This document shows positions 12,623 to 24,085 of a stretch of DNA of 63,642 nt, in pieces; position 1 is the stretch's first letter; each line of letters opens with the position of its first letter. The stretch comes from an uncultured Candidatus Saccharibacteria bacterium. GTDB taxonomy: Bacteria > Patescibacteriota > UBA1384 > JAMDBS01 > DAOVQR01. Made by a program: the position numbers and the translations under genes. Below the pieces are notes generated by a model, which searched no databases, was not told the DNA's origin, and saw only the letters and a list, made by a program, of their open reading frames with translations. The stretch is taken from contig CAYZSW010000006.1 in NCBI GenBank assembly GCA_964481135.1, positions 1-63,642 on the forward strand, in the 5' to 3' direction.

Positions 12623-13618
12623 ATGAAAAATAATTTTTTAGGTACAACATTTTGTGAAAATTATTGTAATTTTTTAAAGCTTGACGCAAAAGATGTACTC
12701 GATAAAATCATTACTCTACATATTAATCCAGTGAGAATTGGGGTTTATTGGGATGAAGTTGAATATGAGCCTGAGTTCCGATATCAAAGCAACAAAAATA
12801 ATTTTGATTTTAAACATTTTGATTGGATTATAGAGAAATTAGATAAAAATAATATTGATATTATTTTGGCAGTTGGCGCAAAAGTACCTCGATGGCCAGA
12901 GTTTCATTTACCTGACTTCATTCAAGAAAAATATGATTTTAAAAAAGGTGAAGCAATTAATAATCCATTTCTACTGGCTGAAACTAAAAGATATATTGGA
13001 GAAACAATAAAAAGATATAAAAACATAAAAAGTATTAAATGGATTCAAGTGGAAAACGAACCATATGAACCATTTGGACCAAACAAATGGATAATTCACC
13101 CGGAATTTTTAGCCCAAGAAATTCATTATGTTAAATCATTATGTAAATTGCCAATAATTTTAACAGGTGGTGGAATGGACCCTATTCCACCTTGGATCGG
13201 CAATATTTATGGCAAATTTGAAAGAACTTACAAACTTTTAGAGCAGGACTCAGATATTATTGGACTTGATGTGTACCCAGTTATTCCGCATGAATTTTTA
13301 TGGAAAATGAGATATTTTCGTGCAAATGAAGCTAATTGGAAAAATTTAGAAAAAATTAAACACGAAATTGAAGCTCATAATAAAAGGGTGTGGATTACAG
13401 AACTGCAAGCAGAGCCATGGGAAGCGGGAAAAATGAATACAAAATCTGCCAACGCAAACGAATCTTGTAATCCCAATTTAGTTTGCGCATATTTAAAAAA
13501 ATCCCAAGAAATTGGATTTGAAAAAATACTTCTTTGGGGCTCTGAATTTTGGCTTGCTTGTGAAAAAGATCGTAATACTGCTTGGGTAAATAATTTAAAA
13601 GGTTTCTTTTTAAGATAG
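12623..13618 (+). CDS. clan GH-A glycoside hydrolase (TIM-barrel, family not assigned)
   Basis: 331-aa ORF and the only sizeable plus-strand gene. It has WIQVENEP (acid/base Glu in an NEP motif) and WITELQAEPW (nucleophile Glu context). Confidence 0.65.
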   Translation: MKNNFLGTTFCENYCNFLKLDAKDVLDKIITLHINPVRIGVYWDEVEYEPEFRYQSNKNNFDFKHFDWIIEKLDKNNIDIILAVGAKVPRWPEFHLPDFIQEKYDFKKGEAINNPFLLAETKRYIGETIKRYKNIKSIKWIQVENEPYEPFGPNKWIIHPEFLAQEIHYVKSLCKLPIILTGGGMDPIPPWIGNIYGKFERTYKLLEQDSDIIGLDVYPVIPHEFLWKMRYFRANEANWKNLEKIKHEIEAHNKRVWITELQAEPWEAGKMNTKSANANESCNPNLVCAYLKKSQEIGFEKILLWGSEFWLACEKDRNTAWVNNLKGFFLR

Positions 13619-13676
13619 AAGCAGATAGACGCAAATAGTAACACTGATTTACGCGAAAGTAATATTTAATTCAAAT

Positions 13677-16600
13677 TCAGACCATTTGTTCTTGCCCCTT
13701 TTTCTTGTTTTTGTAGAGCACATAACCAAGTGCTAGGGCGAATAAGATTGCTAGTGCATAGTACAAATAATTATTGTAATTTGTTGGATGTTTAATTGTA
13801 ACTTCTTTAAATACATATTCACCTTGAGAATCTCCAATAAGTTTAATGGTGTGATTTCCAGCTTTGGTGTTTGGAGGAATTCTAAGTTTAATACCAAAAC
13901 CACCACCTAGGATTTTAGCATCTTCTAAGAATTTATCATCTAAGTAGATCTGGATGTTTTTTGAATTAGTGAAGTTCTTGGCATTAAGAACTACTGTCTG
14001 ACCAGCAATGAGTTTTGTAATGGCATTTTCTTCTTTTGGATCAACATTTTCTTTAGTGATATACATTTGAGAAATATTTTTAGTTTCATCTTGAGCTTTG
14101 GCTTTTGAGATTGAAAATGGATTGAGATTCTTCACAAAACCTATACTGAGATTCTTCACTTTGTTCAGAATGACATCTAATATTGAATTCTCGTCATCCT
14201 GAGTGGAATGAAATGAAATCGAAGGATCTGAATTAAATTGAGATTCTTCGACAAGCTCAGAATGACAAATTTGATTAATTGATTTCGTGATTAATTGCTT
14301 TATTGCTGGATTGCTAACTTGTTGAATTGTTAATTTGTTCTGTTGATAATTTGATGATTGCTGATTGTTGTAAGAAGTAATTGCATCTAATATGCCGTAG
14401 TCAACTTCTAAAATGCTTCTTAAATCATTACTGATAGGTAGTATATGTTCTTGTATCTGAATCATTCTTTCTTTTTGCTGACTTGTTAGCTCAACTTGAT
14501 TTTGTTTTAGATTAATAATATTTTCTGCATCTACAAACATTAATCTTTCTTCATCTGTAAGATTTCTTGGAGAAGGACCTTCGTATGGTCTATCCCAAAA
14601 CTTAATATTAAAGTATCTGTCTTTAATGTATTTAGATAATGGATATGAAGGATCTTTAATATCTTGAAGAAACATATTATTTTCATTCATAAAGTTTAAA
14701 TAATTTGATTCAAGATCATTTTTAATATTGTTTCTTTCTTCTTCTGAGCTGGCTAAATAGAAATTATTAATCTTTGATTTCACTTCATCAAGAGTTTGTT
14801 TTTGTTCATCGGTAAATGTCATGGTAGTGAAATCTGGATTAAAAAATTCGAATATTGGATCAAAGAAATGTATTATCGGCTCAAAAACATGATCATGGAA
14901 AAATTCTACTACTGGCTCAAAAAATGGTTGAGGAGAAAAAGGAGATTGCAGATTACTTCCATAAACAGTTGCATCTAATATGCCATAGTCAACTTCAAGT
15001 ATTCCTCTTAGTTCTCCATCAAGTGGGGTTAAATAATCTTTGATTTGATTAAATCTTGTATTTTGTTCGTCTGTAAGAGGAATATTATTTTGTTTTAGAT
15101 TAATTAATATTTCTGCATCTACAAACATTAATCTTTCTTCATCTGTAAGATTTCTTGGAGAAGGGCCTTCGTATGGTCTATCCCAAGACATAATATTAAA
15201 GTATCTGTCTTTAATGTATTTAGATAATGGGTAAGAAGGATCTTTGACTTCTTGGAAAAGCATATTGTTTTGCTGTATAAAGTTCCAGTAGTTTGACTCA
15301 AGATCATTTTTAATATTGTTTCTTTCTTCTTCTGACCTGGCTAAATAGAAATTATTGATCTTTGATTTGACTTCATCAAGAGTTTGTTTTTGTTCGTCTG
15401 TTAGGGTCATAGTGGAGTAATCAATATATCTATCATCAGATAATTGCGGAGGACTGGATGGTTCTGGGATAAAGTTAGAATCAAGATTATCATAGATTAT
15501 TCCAAATTCATTGATATTGTTTTGATAGTCAAATTCTCCAAAATCACCTTCAAATTCTCCATCCATATCATCGTCATCATCTAAATTATTAATCCAATTA
15601 ATTAGATTATCAATTTTAAATATGTCATAAAGATAATCTCTAGCAAGTTCAATTGAAGCAGTTATGTTGCCAAAGTAAGCTGGATCTTCACCATCTATGA
15701 TTCTTTGTAAAGTATTTGATAAATCAATGTATCTTGCCTGTTCTGAACTTTCGTAGTTATCTAGTTTCTTCTCATGATCAATGGCTTTTTGACGAAGTTC
15801 TGGGCAGGAGATTAAATATGTTTCATCTTCTGGTTCACCTGTTTCATCATTAATATCAGGGAAATTAAATCCACCTTGAAGATATGAAATATCTGGCATA
15901 TTGTAACAACTGGTGATTAAATTAGCATTATTGGTAATGAAATCTTTATCCATTTGATCAATTTGGGATTCAAAGTTATTTTGAATATCTAAAAGATCTT
16001 GAATGATTGAAGCAGCTTTAGAAAGCTGGGAATCAGAATATTTAGCAGAAGCAGATTGAGCATCAGCATAACACTCAGCTTCTTCAGCATGTAATGCATC
16101 TAGTGCTTCATCGATTTTAGCTTGTTTTTCTTCGTCTGGTAGATCTTTAATACTGTTTTGAAAATCAGTGTTGTTAAATATTTCCTCTAAAGCAACTGAT
16201 GAAAAATCTGTAGTTAACTTCTGGCATATATCATCCATTGATTCGGTAATATTGAGCTGATCTAATTGTTGTTTATATTCATCTTGTTGTACTTGGTCAC
16301 GAGATTCTTGCATAGCTTCGTTAATGAGAGGTTCTGGTTCAATATTTTCAATGTTTTGTTTAGCACATTCAAGTATTTCAATATCAATATCATTTCTGGC
16401 TTTTTCGATTTCAGCCTCCTGCATATCTTCCGGAAAGTCTCTTCTTATCTGGTTTATGGTTGGTAAAAAGAATTCTGAGAAGTCGGTAATGGAAAGAAGT
16501 TGTTGACATCGTTGTTGCTGAGATTGAACTACATCATCAATTTGATCGCTTGAATCAAAGAAATCAGCAATAGGAGAGAATATATTATCTTCAATGAAAT

Positions 16601-19600
16601 CAATTACTGGTTCATAAAATGGTTCACTTGGCGTTTGATCCATATCATCTGATACAAAATCTGGTGTTGAACAATTAATGATTTCATTGTCTATATCTAT
16701 TCTTGCTTTATCAATTTCAGCTTGCTTTTGGTCTTCTGGGATATTTGGATTTGCGTAAATTGAATTGATAGTTGAAAGGAAGAATTCTGAAAAGTCGGTA
16801 ATGGAAAGAAGTTCTTGACATCTGTCAGGTAGTTCTTGAATTGGGTCGGTGGTGAGTTGATCAAATGTATTATTTAATATCTGCTGTTCTATATGATCTG
16901 CATTAACTGCTAAACTTAATTGTTGCTGATATAGAGGATTAAAACAATTTCGTTCTTGACTTAGTTTTTCTATCCACCAAGATGAAGTTTCAAGCACTTC
17001 TTTATTTTCTCCATTTGCTACTTTATCTGAAAATTCTTGCATATCTTTATTAACCATATCTTGACATTTATTAAATTCTTCCTGAAATGTATTTTTTTCA
17101 TTTTCAATGTTTTGAAGTTCAGGATGTTCAGATAGATACTGTTCTCGAACTGTATCTTCTTCGATTTGTTTTTGCTTTTCAGTTTCTATTGCACGAGATA
17201 GTGTAGTTGGTTGTAATCCTAAAGATCTGTCTTGATCTGATAGAGTATTAAAATTATAGTCTGCAATGTATGAAAATTGCGCTTTTCCTAAAACAATATC
17301 TTGATAATCTTTATAATTAATGATTTTATATTCACTAGAATTTTCTGGGATAATAAAATAACTGTAATTATCGCCTAAATACTCTGGTAAATAGATTGTA
17401 CTTCCATTTAAAAATTCTAAATCTTGAATTTCCGGCTCACCGTTATTTACTTCAATTTCTCCTGTTATATTATTAAATACTCCTAATAGGTAATTATTAG
17501 ATATTCTCATAATTCCTAAATCCTCATTTTTTTGCTGAATTACTCTATCACCTAATGAAGAAATATTTACTGCTGTATTAGATACAATTATTTCTTGTCT
17601 ATCGATGCGAGGATTAATCCATTTAGTTGAACCATTTTTTGAATTAGAATATAAAAACCCTGCACTATTTGCAGGCTGGCCTATTGGATCATGATTATCC
17701 GGATCTCCAACTACATAATCAAACATCCAATTCTCATGATAGTCAACAAAGATACCAAAAAGTATTGCTAGTTGTTCAATTTTATTTAATCCGATTTCAT
17801 TAATATCACCTTGAAACTGAGGATATTGTTTTAAGTAGTTATATATTTGTGTAATATTCTGAGTTTTAATATTACCAAATTCCAATCTATTATTATCATC
17901 ATTCCAAACTATACCTTCATATGGCATCTGCATAACATCAAATAGTATTTTGATATTTGCATTAATATCTTCAATACTATTCATAATAATTGGACCAATT
18001 TTAAATTCTTGTTTACCACGAGGATCTAGATGTACTAATTTTGGATCTGTATTATAATAAGTATCATTATTAGTTCCAATCAAAAGTGCTACTAAAAAAT
18101 TCGCAAATGAATAATCTTCGTAAGGCAAAACTAGTGATTTATGATAGTTTTCACCTTCTAATTCATTATTAACATTATTTATATTGAAAAAACCAGACAT
18201 GAATTTATTATATGATTTTATTATACTTTTTTGTCCATTTGGTCTATAGTAATTTAAATCAAAATTAGAATTTTTATTTATTAAATTAATAAAATATCTC
18301 GGCATAAAAGATGCAAAACCTTCAAAATAAGAATCTGAACTATTTGAATTACCATATCCACCGTGATTTCTTTCATAATCATTTGAGTTAAAATTGAAGA
18401 TTGCAAAATGAATAAAATGACTAAATTCATGAATAAGATTATATGGTTTATAATTTATCAGTAAATTATTATTATCAAAACAACTATGTGTATTTAAAAC
18501 GATCATTTTATCAACAATACTATAACTACCAAGAATATAATCTTCCATATTTTTGTATTTGATTATTAGATATTCATTAAAATTAATTTGATCGGTTAAT
18601 TGACCAAGTTGATTATAAGCTTTATATATCCAATACCAATTCTCAGCAGATAATGCCGTTTCATTATATACTGATCTCGAATTTTCAAATGAAGGATATT
18701 CCGGTTTTGGATCACTTTTCCAGGATTTATCTTTATTATATATTTCAATATTTTGAACTATATAGCCAGGATAAATTGGACCAGCGACATTATAAACTTT
18801 TTCTAAACTCAATGGGACTGTTTTCCAATAAAGTAAATTACCATTTGAACCAACATAAAATTGTTTTAATAATTGTTTTTCTGTTCCATCAGCAAATACA
18901 ATATTGTCTAAAGGATTTTTAAAATAAACTAGAAACTTTAATATTGGTTTAGTGATTCCTTCAACTTCAACTGGAATATCTTCAAATGTAAGATTAGCTC
19001 GATTAAATGGTATGCGGTAATTCCCATCCTCTTCAGATAAAATTACTTTTTTATTACTAATTTTCAAATCATCATGCATATCTTGTCCAGCAACAATAAC
19101 ATCATTGCCTATTCTATCATTAGCTTGAGATTTATTTTGATCATTTTGAGTTGTTGCAAGCGCAATATTTACTCCCGGCACTTCATGTCCATAAGGTCCA
19201 GTAATATTGCCGACTAGCACGTTCCAAATATCTAATTTATTTGTAGTACCTTGTTTATACTCTTCTAATCTATTTGGATTAATATCCTCTTCGTCGGCAA
19301 AAAAGTAAATTGCAGGAATTATTTGAATCTGAGTAATTGATTTTGTAATATCAAAAGGTTTATTTCTATACATATCATTATCTGTAAAAGGTAAATTTTC
19401 ATCCACTTCAAGAGTAAAGGTAAATGTCTTTTCACCTTTGGTTAGTTTCGGCAAAGTCCAAACAAGTGCATGCTGATCAAAAACACTTTCTTGTTTATTG
19501 TCTTTAAAATAATTGTAAGTATAGTTCTCTAGTTCTTTTCCAATAGTATTATTGCTAAAATCAGTAACTTTAACATATTTCTTAGGTAAAAATACTGCTA

Positions 19601-22475
19601 AATCATATGGATGATCGTATTCTGCAGAGTTATTCAATGTAACTTTGTAATTTACCTTGTCTCCTGGCATTAACTGATTTTTATATTTTTCTCTGTATTC
19701 TTCTGGTAATTTAGAGCTTTTTTCAATTGATTCAACTTCAATTTTAGGCTCTGGAATATTTATGATGTTGCGACTCCATGGAGTTTCAAGAATTGATTCA
19801 ATTTGCTTACCTTTATCGTCCTGATAATCAATCGGTAATTTATGAATTAAATTTATTTGATTGTATTTTTCCGAATCAATATTATCTTTTAATTTAAGAT
19901 TAAATTCAAAAATGTCGTTAACTCCAGGTTCCAATTTGGGAATACTTTCAAGGTTAATTCGTATAGTATTATCATCTAAAACCGAAAACTTTGCGTTACA
20001 TTTAGTAGAAGAACCGGGAGTATCTGAACAATATGTTGTACCATCTGATGATGTCACATTAAAATCATAAAATGATTGCAAATATTCTTCTGTATTTTGT
20101 TTATCTTCTGTTTTAATTTCAAATATATCTGTTATTTTTGGATTTTCTAGATATTTATACCATTGCTGATCCAATTGAATATTTATATTTTCTAGATGAA
20201 GCCATATAATTTTGTCAGTTGTATTTTTTAATTCATATTTAAATCTAACCCTATCTCCATTCATCACAATTTTATTTGAACATTCATTGTCTATATTACA
20301 GTTTTGGTTATTCCTCATAACAACATTATCTGTAACTTTTAACTCTAAATCTTTTTGGGCTATTACCTCTACATATTTTTTTAACCCCGAATTCTCAACC
20401 TCTAAGATGTATTTGCCTGGCTCTAGAAAATCTATATCTATACTAAGTTCACCTTTTTCATTTGGCGTGGCAACATAACTAGTTCCAATAGGACGGCCAA
20501 TATCATACGGCACATTACCTGTAACTTGACCTTGCATTTCAGATGGGCTTGTTTTAATAGCAGCAGTGACTTTAAAATTATCTGCAGAATATTTTGGATT
20601 AATTTCTTTATTGCCATTTTCATCTTCTATGTATTCAAAAGGTTCATTAGATGAATAGTAGTTGGTTAATATTGATTGATGAGGAAAACCATTGGAATAT
20701 TTTAGAATTATATCTTCATGTTCAGTATTGTATTGTATCCCACCTTCAGAGTATTGATCATTAGTAACTTGAAATATTTTAATATTATATGGAGATGTTA
20801 GATGTACATCTTCATCACTGTCTTTAACATCTTTCGAAAAATCTATTTTGAATTTAACTGGTTTGGTTGGATATTCTACATTTTCATCTGTAACTAATTC
20901 TTCTTCATGCACATCAAGATTATTTTTCTCTACATCAACAAAAATATTATCTGTTATATTACCTGCAACTTCTTTTTCATATTCAGTATCTGGGGTTAAA
21001 GTAAAATTAATCCACACTCTACCAGTACCTTGATTATTAGCTGGTTTATATACTAAAAGAGAATTATCTTGTATAGCTTGCCCTCTTTCATTGAGAGGAA
21101 CAACATTATCTTCTAAAGGTTTAAATTCATACAAATATTTATCTTTTTCATCAGATCGATCTGCTAATGGTTTATCTTTTCTAACAATGTATCCGAGTTG
21201 TCCTAAAGAGTTATCTTTATTTCCTTCTATTGAATAAGTCATAAACTTGCTACCAGAATACGCATACTCTACTCCAGCAATATCTCTATTGATGACATTA
21301 GAAAATATATGTTTTCTTAAAAAATATTTTAGTCCATTTTCGCCATAGAAATCATTATTATTAGTCACTTTATAAGCTTGCAAATACACTGGATAAAATT
21401 GAAAATCAACCAATTCTGGGTTTGGAAAAAATTGTTTTGACATCATATTGTCATATTCTGACTGTGTCCAAGAAAGACTATTATTCCGATAATTTAAATC
21501 AAATAATTTTTTAATATCATTATTTGGATATATAGAACTTGTATAAGTATATATTTTTGTAAATGGCTGTGCTGTTATTGTTTTTCCATCTAAAACAGAT
21601 TTTGTCATTTCAAGCTTATTTTGAGAATCTAGTTCATCACTAAAATTATGGGTGGCCTTAGAGTCAATAGCTGCTTTCCATAAATCAAAGTTATTTTGTT
21701 TTTTAAGATTGTATGAATCATGATTAACTGGTCCCAATAATAACTCTGAGCGAGGGTTAACTTGGAATTGATCGTAGGTTGTTGATGTTTGCTCATAATC
21801 GCATCTAACTACACTATATTCATTATCTTTAATTGGAATATCGTGAGTATATAGAAAATTAATTGATTTTTCTCCTAATTTAAATGCTTCGTTTGTTAAG
21901 AGTTTAAATGTATTGGAAGTATCATCTTTATTAACAGATTTTAGGTTAAGATTGCCTGATTCAATTTTATTAACAAGAATACTTATACAATATGGTTTTT
22001 GAAAGATTGATAATATTATATTCTGTGAATCTGCATCAACATTTGTCCTGAAAACAGATCTTGATATGTATTCTTCTTTAGATTTATCTGGGGCAAGAAT
22101 AACATTATTTTGGTTAGATTTTATGTTTTGTCCACCATCAATAGTTAATGTAGTTTCAATACCAGCAGGCCCAAATATTTTTTCTAATGCTACACCGATT
22201 ACTTTAGGGTTAGGAACTTCTACCATATCCGCCTTAGGACCAAAACCCTGGAAGAATTTGGTAGTGGCGTTACGCCAAGAAGGAACTACGGCAATTGCAA
22301 TCCCTGAAACTAGAATAATACCAAGAAATACAAAAAGCAGATTCTTGGCTAAAGAACGCTTATTTAAGTTAGATGAACTACTGGAAACATTTTTTTGTGG
22401 ATTGTTTAATTCCTCTTGTGATGGTAAATGCGGTTCATCGTCATTGCCTAATTGTGGTCCCTCCGAATTATTCAT
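13677..22475 (-). CDS. giant (2932 aa) surface protein with N- and C-terminal TM anchors, Ig/CARDB-like N-terminal half, internal HExxH metalloprotease-like module and acidic repeat-rich C-terminal half
   Basis: Uninterrupted 8.8-kb ORF. The N-terminal TM is LLFVFLGIILVSGIAIAVV and the C-terminal TM is LYYALAILFALALGYVLY followed by KNKKKG. It has DUF11/CARDB-like segments (GDRVRFKYELKNT, PGDKVNYKVTLNN), an HEFSH motif at 18417..18431, and two ~147-aa near-identical repeats. Confidence 0.9.
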   Translation of the reverse strand: MNNSEGPQLGNDDEPHLPSQEELNNPQKNVSSSSSNLNKRSLAKNLLFVFLGIILVSGIAIAVVPSWRNATTKFFQGFGPKADMVEVPNPKVIGVALEKIFGPAGIETTLTIDGGQNIKSNQNNVILAPDKSKEEYISRSVFRTNVDADSQNIILSIFQKPYCISILVNKIESGNLNLKSVNKDDTSNTFKLLTNEAFKLGEKSINFLYTHDIPIKDNEYSVVRCDYEQTSTTYDQFQVNPRSELLLGPVNHDSYNLKKQNNFDLWKAAIDSKATHNFSDELDSQNKLEMTKSVLDGKTITAQPFTKIYTYTSSIYPNNDIKKLFDLNYRNNSLSWTQSEYDNMMSKQFFPNPELVDFQFYPVYLQAYKVTNNNDFYGENGLKYFLRKHIFSNVINRDIAGVEYAYSGSKFMTYSIEGNKDNSLGQLGYIVRKDKPLADRSDEKDKYLYEFKPLEDNVVPLNERGQAIQDNSLLVYKPANNQGTGRVWINFTLTPDTEYEKEVAGNITDNIFVDVEKNNLDVHEEELVTDENVEYPTKPVKFKIDFSKDVKDSDEDVHLTSPYNIKIFQVTNDQYSEGGIQYNTEHEDIILKYSNGFPHQSILTNYYSSNEPFEYIEDENGNKEINPKYSADNFKVTAAIKTSPSEMQGQVTGNVPYDIGRPIGTSYVATPNEKGELSIDIDFLEPGKYILEVENSGLKKYVEVIAQKDLELKVTDNVVMRNNQNCNIDNECSNKIVMNGDRVRFKYELKNTTDKIIWLHLENINIQLDQQWYKYLENPKITDIFEIKTEDKQNTEEYLQSFYDFNVTSSDGTTYCSDTPGSSTKCNAKFSVLDDNTIRINLESIPKLEPGVNDIFEFNLKLKDNIDSEKYNQINLIHKLPIDYQDDKGKQIESILETPWSRNIINIPEPKIEVESIEKSSKLPEEYREKYKNQLMPGDKVNYKVTLNNSAEYDHPYDLAVFLPKKYVKVTDFSNNTIGKELENYTYNYFKDNKQESVFDQHALVWTLPKLTKGEKTFTFTLEVDENLPFTDNDMYRNKPFDITKSITQIQIIPAIYFFADEEDINPNRLEEYKQGTTNKLDIWNVLVGNITGPYGHEVPGVNIALATTQNDQNKSQANDRIGNDVIVAGQDMHDDLKISNKKVILSEEDGNYRIPFNRANLTFEDIPVEVEGITKPILKFLVYFKNPLDNIVFADGTEKQLLKQFYVGSNGNLLYWKTVPLSLEKVYNVAGPIYPGYIVQNIEIYNKDKSWKSDPKPEYPSFENSRSVYNETALSAENWYWIYKAYNQLGQLTDQINFNEYLIIKYKNMEDYILGSYSIVDKMIVLNTHSCFDNNNLLINYKPYNLIHEFSHFIHFAIFNFNSNDYERNHGGYGNSNSSDSYFEGFASFMPRYFINLINKNSNFDLNYYRPNGQKSIIKSYNKFMSGFFNINNVNNELEGENYHKSLVLPYEDYSFANFLVALLIGTNNDTYYNTDPKLVHLDPRGKQEFKIGPIIMNSIEDINANIKILFDVMQMPYEGIVWNDDNNRLEFGNIKTQNITQIYNYLKQYPQFQGDINEIGLNKIEQLAILFGIFVDYHENWMFDYVVGDPDNHDPIGQPANSAGFLYSNSKNGSTKWINPRIDRQEIIVSNTAVNISSLGDRVIQQKNEDLGIMRISNNYLLGVFNNITGEIEVNNGEPEIQDLEFLNGSTIYLPEYLGDNYSYFIIPENSSEYKIINYKDYQDIVLGKAQFSYIADYNFNTLSDQDRSLGLQPTTLSRAIETEKQKQIEEDTVREQYLSEHPELQNIENEKNTFQEEFNKCQDMVNKDMQEFSDKVANGENKEVLETSSWWIEKLSQERNCFNPLYQQQLSLAVNADHIEQQILNNTFDQLTTDPIQELPDRCQELLSITDFSEFFLSTINSIYANPNIPEDQKQAEIDKARIDIDNEIINCSTPDFVSDDMDQTPSEPFYEPVIDFIEDNIFSPIADFFDSSDQIDDVVQSQQQRCQQLLSITDFSEFFLPTINQIRRDFPEDMQEAEIEKARNDIDIEILECAKQNIENIEPEPLINEAMQESRDQVQQDEYKQQLDQLNITESMDDICQKLTTDFSSVALEEIFNNTDFQNSIKDLPDEEKQAKIDEALDALHAEEAECYADAQSASAKYSDSQLSKAASIIQDLLDIQNNFESQIDQMDKDFITNNANLITSCYNMPDISYLQGGFNFPDINDETGEPEDETYLISCPELRQKAIDHEKKLDNYESSEQARYIDLSNTLQRIIDGEDPAYFGNITASIELARDYLYDIFKIDNLINWINNLDDDDDMDGEFEGDFGEFDYQNNINEFGIIYDNLDSNFIPEPSSPPQLSDDRYIDYSTMTLTDEQKQTLDEVKSKINNFYLARSEEERNNIKNDLESNYWNFIQQNNMLFQEVKDPSYPLSKYIKDRYFNIMSWDRPYEGPSPRNLTDEERLMFVDAEILINLKQNNIPLTDEQNTRFNQIKDYLTPLDGELRGILEVDYGILDATVYGSNLQSPFSPQPFFEPVVEFFHDHVFEPIIHFFDPIFEFFNPDFTTMTFTDEQKQTLDEVKSKINNFYLASSEEERNNIKNDLESNYLNFMNENNMFLQDIKDPSYPLSKYIKDRYFNIKFWDRPYEGPSPRNLTDEERLMFVDAENIINLKQNQVELTSQQKERMIQIQEHILPISNDLRSILEVDYGILDAITSYNNQQSSNYQQNKLTIQQVSNPAIKQLITKSINQICHSELVEESQFNSDPSISFHSTQDDENSILDVILNKVKNLSIGFVKNLNPFSISKAKAQDETKNISQMYITKENVDPKEENAITKLIAGQTVVLNAKNFTNSKNIQIYLDDKFLEDAKILGGGFGIKLRIPPNTKAGNHTIKLIGDSQGEYVFKEVTIKHPTNYNNYLYYALAILFALALGYVLYKNKKKGQEQMV
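14123..14267. repeat. cluster of short palindromic repeat units embedded in frame in the giant gene
   Basis: TGAGATTCTTC occurs at 14123, 14147 and 14239. TCAGAATGACA occurs at 14165 and 14257. An inverted unit TCGTCATCCTGAG...CGAAGGATC lies at 14191..14228. The region is locally GC-richer than its surroundings. Confidence 0.75.
14386..15416. repeat. two ~441-nt near-identical direct repeats inside the giant gene (about 14386..14826 and 14975..15416)
   Basis: The DNA lines align visibly, for example TAATATGCC(G/A)TAGTCAACTTC at 14388 and 14977, and GAGTTTGTTTTTGTTC at 14791 and 15381. The protein repeats run TMT(L/F)TDEQKQTLDEVKSKINNFYLA...ILEVDYGILDA. Confidence 0.85.
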
Positions 22476-22554
22476 AGAATAAATATTTTAATAATATTTT
22501 ATTGCTTAATTACATTTTAACATATAGTAAAGAAAAAATGGAATTGGTGGATTG

Positions 22555-22932
22555 CTATATTACTCTTGTTTTTCTTTCAAGAACTACAACTCTTTTTTCT
22601 AACAGAGAAAATTCATCTGCATCAACTTTTTTCTTTAATGAATTATTAATTGATTTGACTTCTTCTTTAATAATTTCAATATTTTCTGAATTTTGACCCA
22701 CTTTTTCAAAAGTCGCATCAAGCTTATTACAAGCATTATCAAGTTTATCGCTGACTTTACAAAGTCTATCACTTAATTTATCAACCTTTTTATTTAAACT
22801 TGTATATTGTTCAGCAATAATTGAAGTTTGGTTTTTGAACTCATCTAAAAGCATTTTACCTTGACGACTGTAATCCTCTTTTAATTCTTTTGTTTGTTTT
22901 TCTAAAATTTTTATAAGCTTTTTTTCGTCCAT
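22555..22932 (-). CDS. coiled-coil protein, hypothetical
   Basis: The ORF track starts at a TTG (22956). The ATG at 22932 (MDEKKLIKILEKQ...) is preceded by AAGGA, so I prefer it. The protein has heptad-rich K/E/L composition. Confidence 0.5.
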   Translation of the reverse strand: MDEKKLIKILEKQTKELKEDYSRQGKMLLDEFKNQTSIIAEQYTSLNKKVDKLSDRLCKVSDKLDNACNKLDATFEKVGQNSENIEIIKEEVKSINNSLKKKVDADEFSLLEKRVVVLERKTRVI

Positions 22933-22988
22933 ATGTAATCCTTGTAGTTTAATCAAACCAAAAAATAAGTTTAAAATAAAGTGGATAA

Positions 22989-23840
22989 CTATTTTAGATT
23001 TTTACCTTGTACCCAATCAACAAATGTAGGTATTTCATCGTCAATATGAATTCTTGGAATTTTAAATAAATCTTCATAATTTTTGATTTTATGAATAACC
23101 TTATGAGATGTTGTACTGGCAGACCTATAACCTGCATCCTGTGTAGCTTTAATGGTTTCTTCTGAATATGCTCCTCCTGGATAACAAAAATAATAAATAT
23201 TAATGTCTAAATTTTCCTCCAAAACTTTTTTACTTTCGGTAAGCTCATATTTTAAAGTTTTTTCATCCATATTGGCCATATTATCATGGTTCATACTATG
23301 CGAGCCGATTGTCATACCAGAATCGATAAGTTCTTTAATCATATCCCATGTCATACCGCCCTTACCTTCTCCTACATTATTAAGTTTAATAAAAAATGTA
23401 GCAGTGTAACCAAATTCTTTTAAAATCGGCAGAGCATTGGTGTACTGGTCTATTACACCATCATCAAATGTAATTATTGCTGGTTTTTCCGGCAACTCTC
23501 CTAATCCAACTGCTTTTTTATAAAAATCATCGTAACTTACAACTTTATAATTATTGTCTTTAAGCCATTGCATTTGCTGTCGAAATATTTCCGGAGATAC
23601 ATAATAAGTGTTTTGTGGTTCTTTTTTTTCTATGTGATGATACATAAGTATTGGTGCATAAAATTCTGTTGGTTTAATTTCAGCAGAAAAATTATTTTGT
23701 TGTAAATTATTACCAAACTCTTTTTGAGAAAATTTAATACTGATCTTGGAGTTATTTAGATATAAAACATACAATCCAAAACAAATTACAATTACAAAAA
23801 CAAAAACCAACCATCTTATGATTATTTTATTTTTATCCAA
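22989..23840 (-). CDS. polysaccharide deacetylase (NodB homology domain) with N-terminal TM
   Basis: 283-aa ORF with ITFDDG (Asp-Asp motif), GSHSMNH (His-His metal site) and FCYPGG motifs. Confidence 0.85.
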   Translation of the reverse strand: MDKNKIIIRWLVFVFVIVICFGLYVLYLNNSKISIKFSQKEFGNNLQQNNFSAEIKPTEFYAPILMYHHIEKKEPQNTYYVSPEIFRQQMQWLKDNNYKVVSYDDFYKKAVGLGELPEKPAIITFDDGVIDQYTNALPILKEFGYTATFFIKLNNVGEGKGGMTWDMIKELIDSGMTIGSHSMNHDNMANMDEKTLKYELTESKKVLEENLDINIYYFCYPGGAYSEETIKATQDAGYRSASTTSHKVIHKIKNYEDLFKIPRIHIDDEIPTFVDWVQGKNLK

Positions 23841-24008
23841 TTACCTTCCAAAAACCTTGCAACAAGATATATTTAAAAATATTTTATAAGTTGTATTCAT
23901 TATATAACAAATCTTGTCAAAGGCTAAATCGTTTGATATAATTAATTAGAAATTTATCAAGATTATTTTTTTGTTATTTGATATTTGTTATTTGTAATTT
24001 ACCCACTT

Positions 24009-24085
24009 GGGGTGGTAGCTCAGCTGGTTAGAGCGTCTGCCTGTCACGCAGAAGGTCGAGGGTTCAAGTCCCTTCCATCCCGCCA
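24009..24085 (+). tRNA. tRNA-Asp (anticodon GTC), CCA encoded
   Basis: Hand-folded: GGGGTGG-TA-GCTC-AGCTGGTTA-GAGC-G-TCTGC-CTGTCAC-GCAGA-AGGTC-GAGGG-TTCAAGT-CCCTT-CCATCCC-G-CCA. There is one G-U pair in the acceptor stem. Confidence 0.95.
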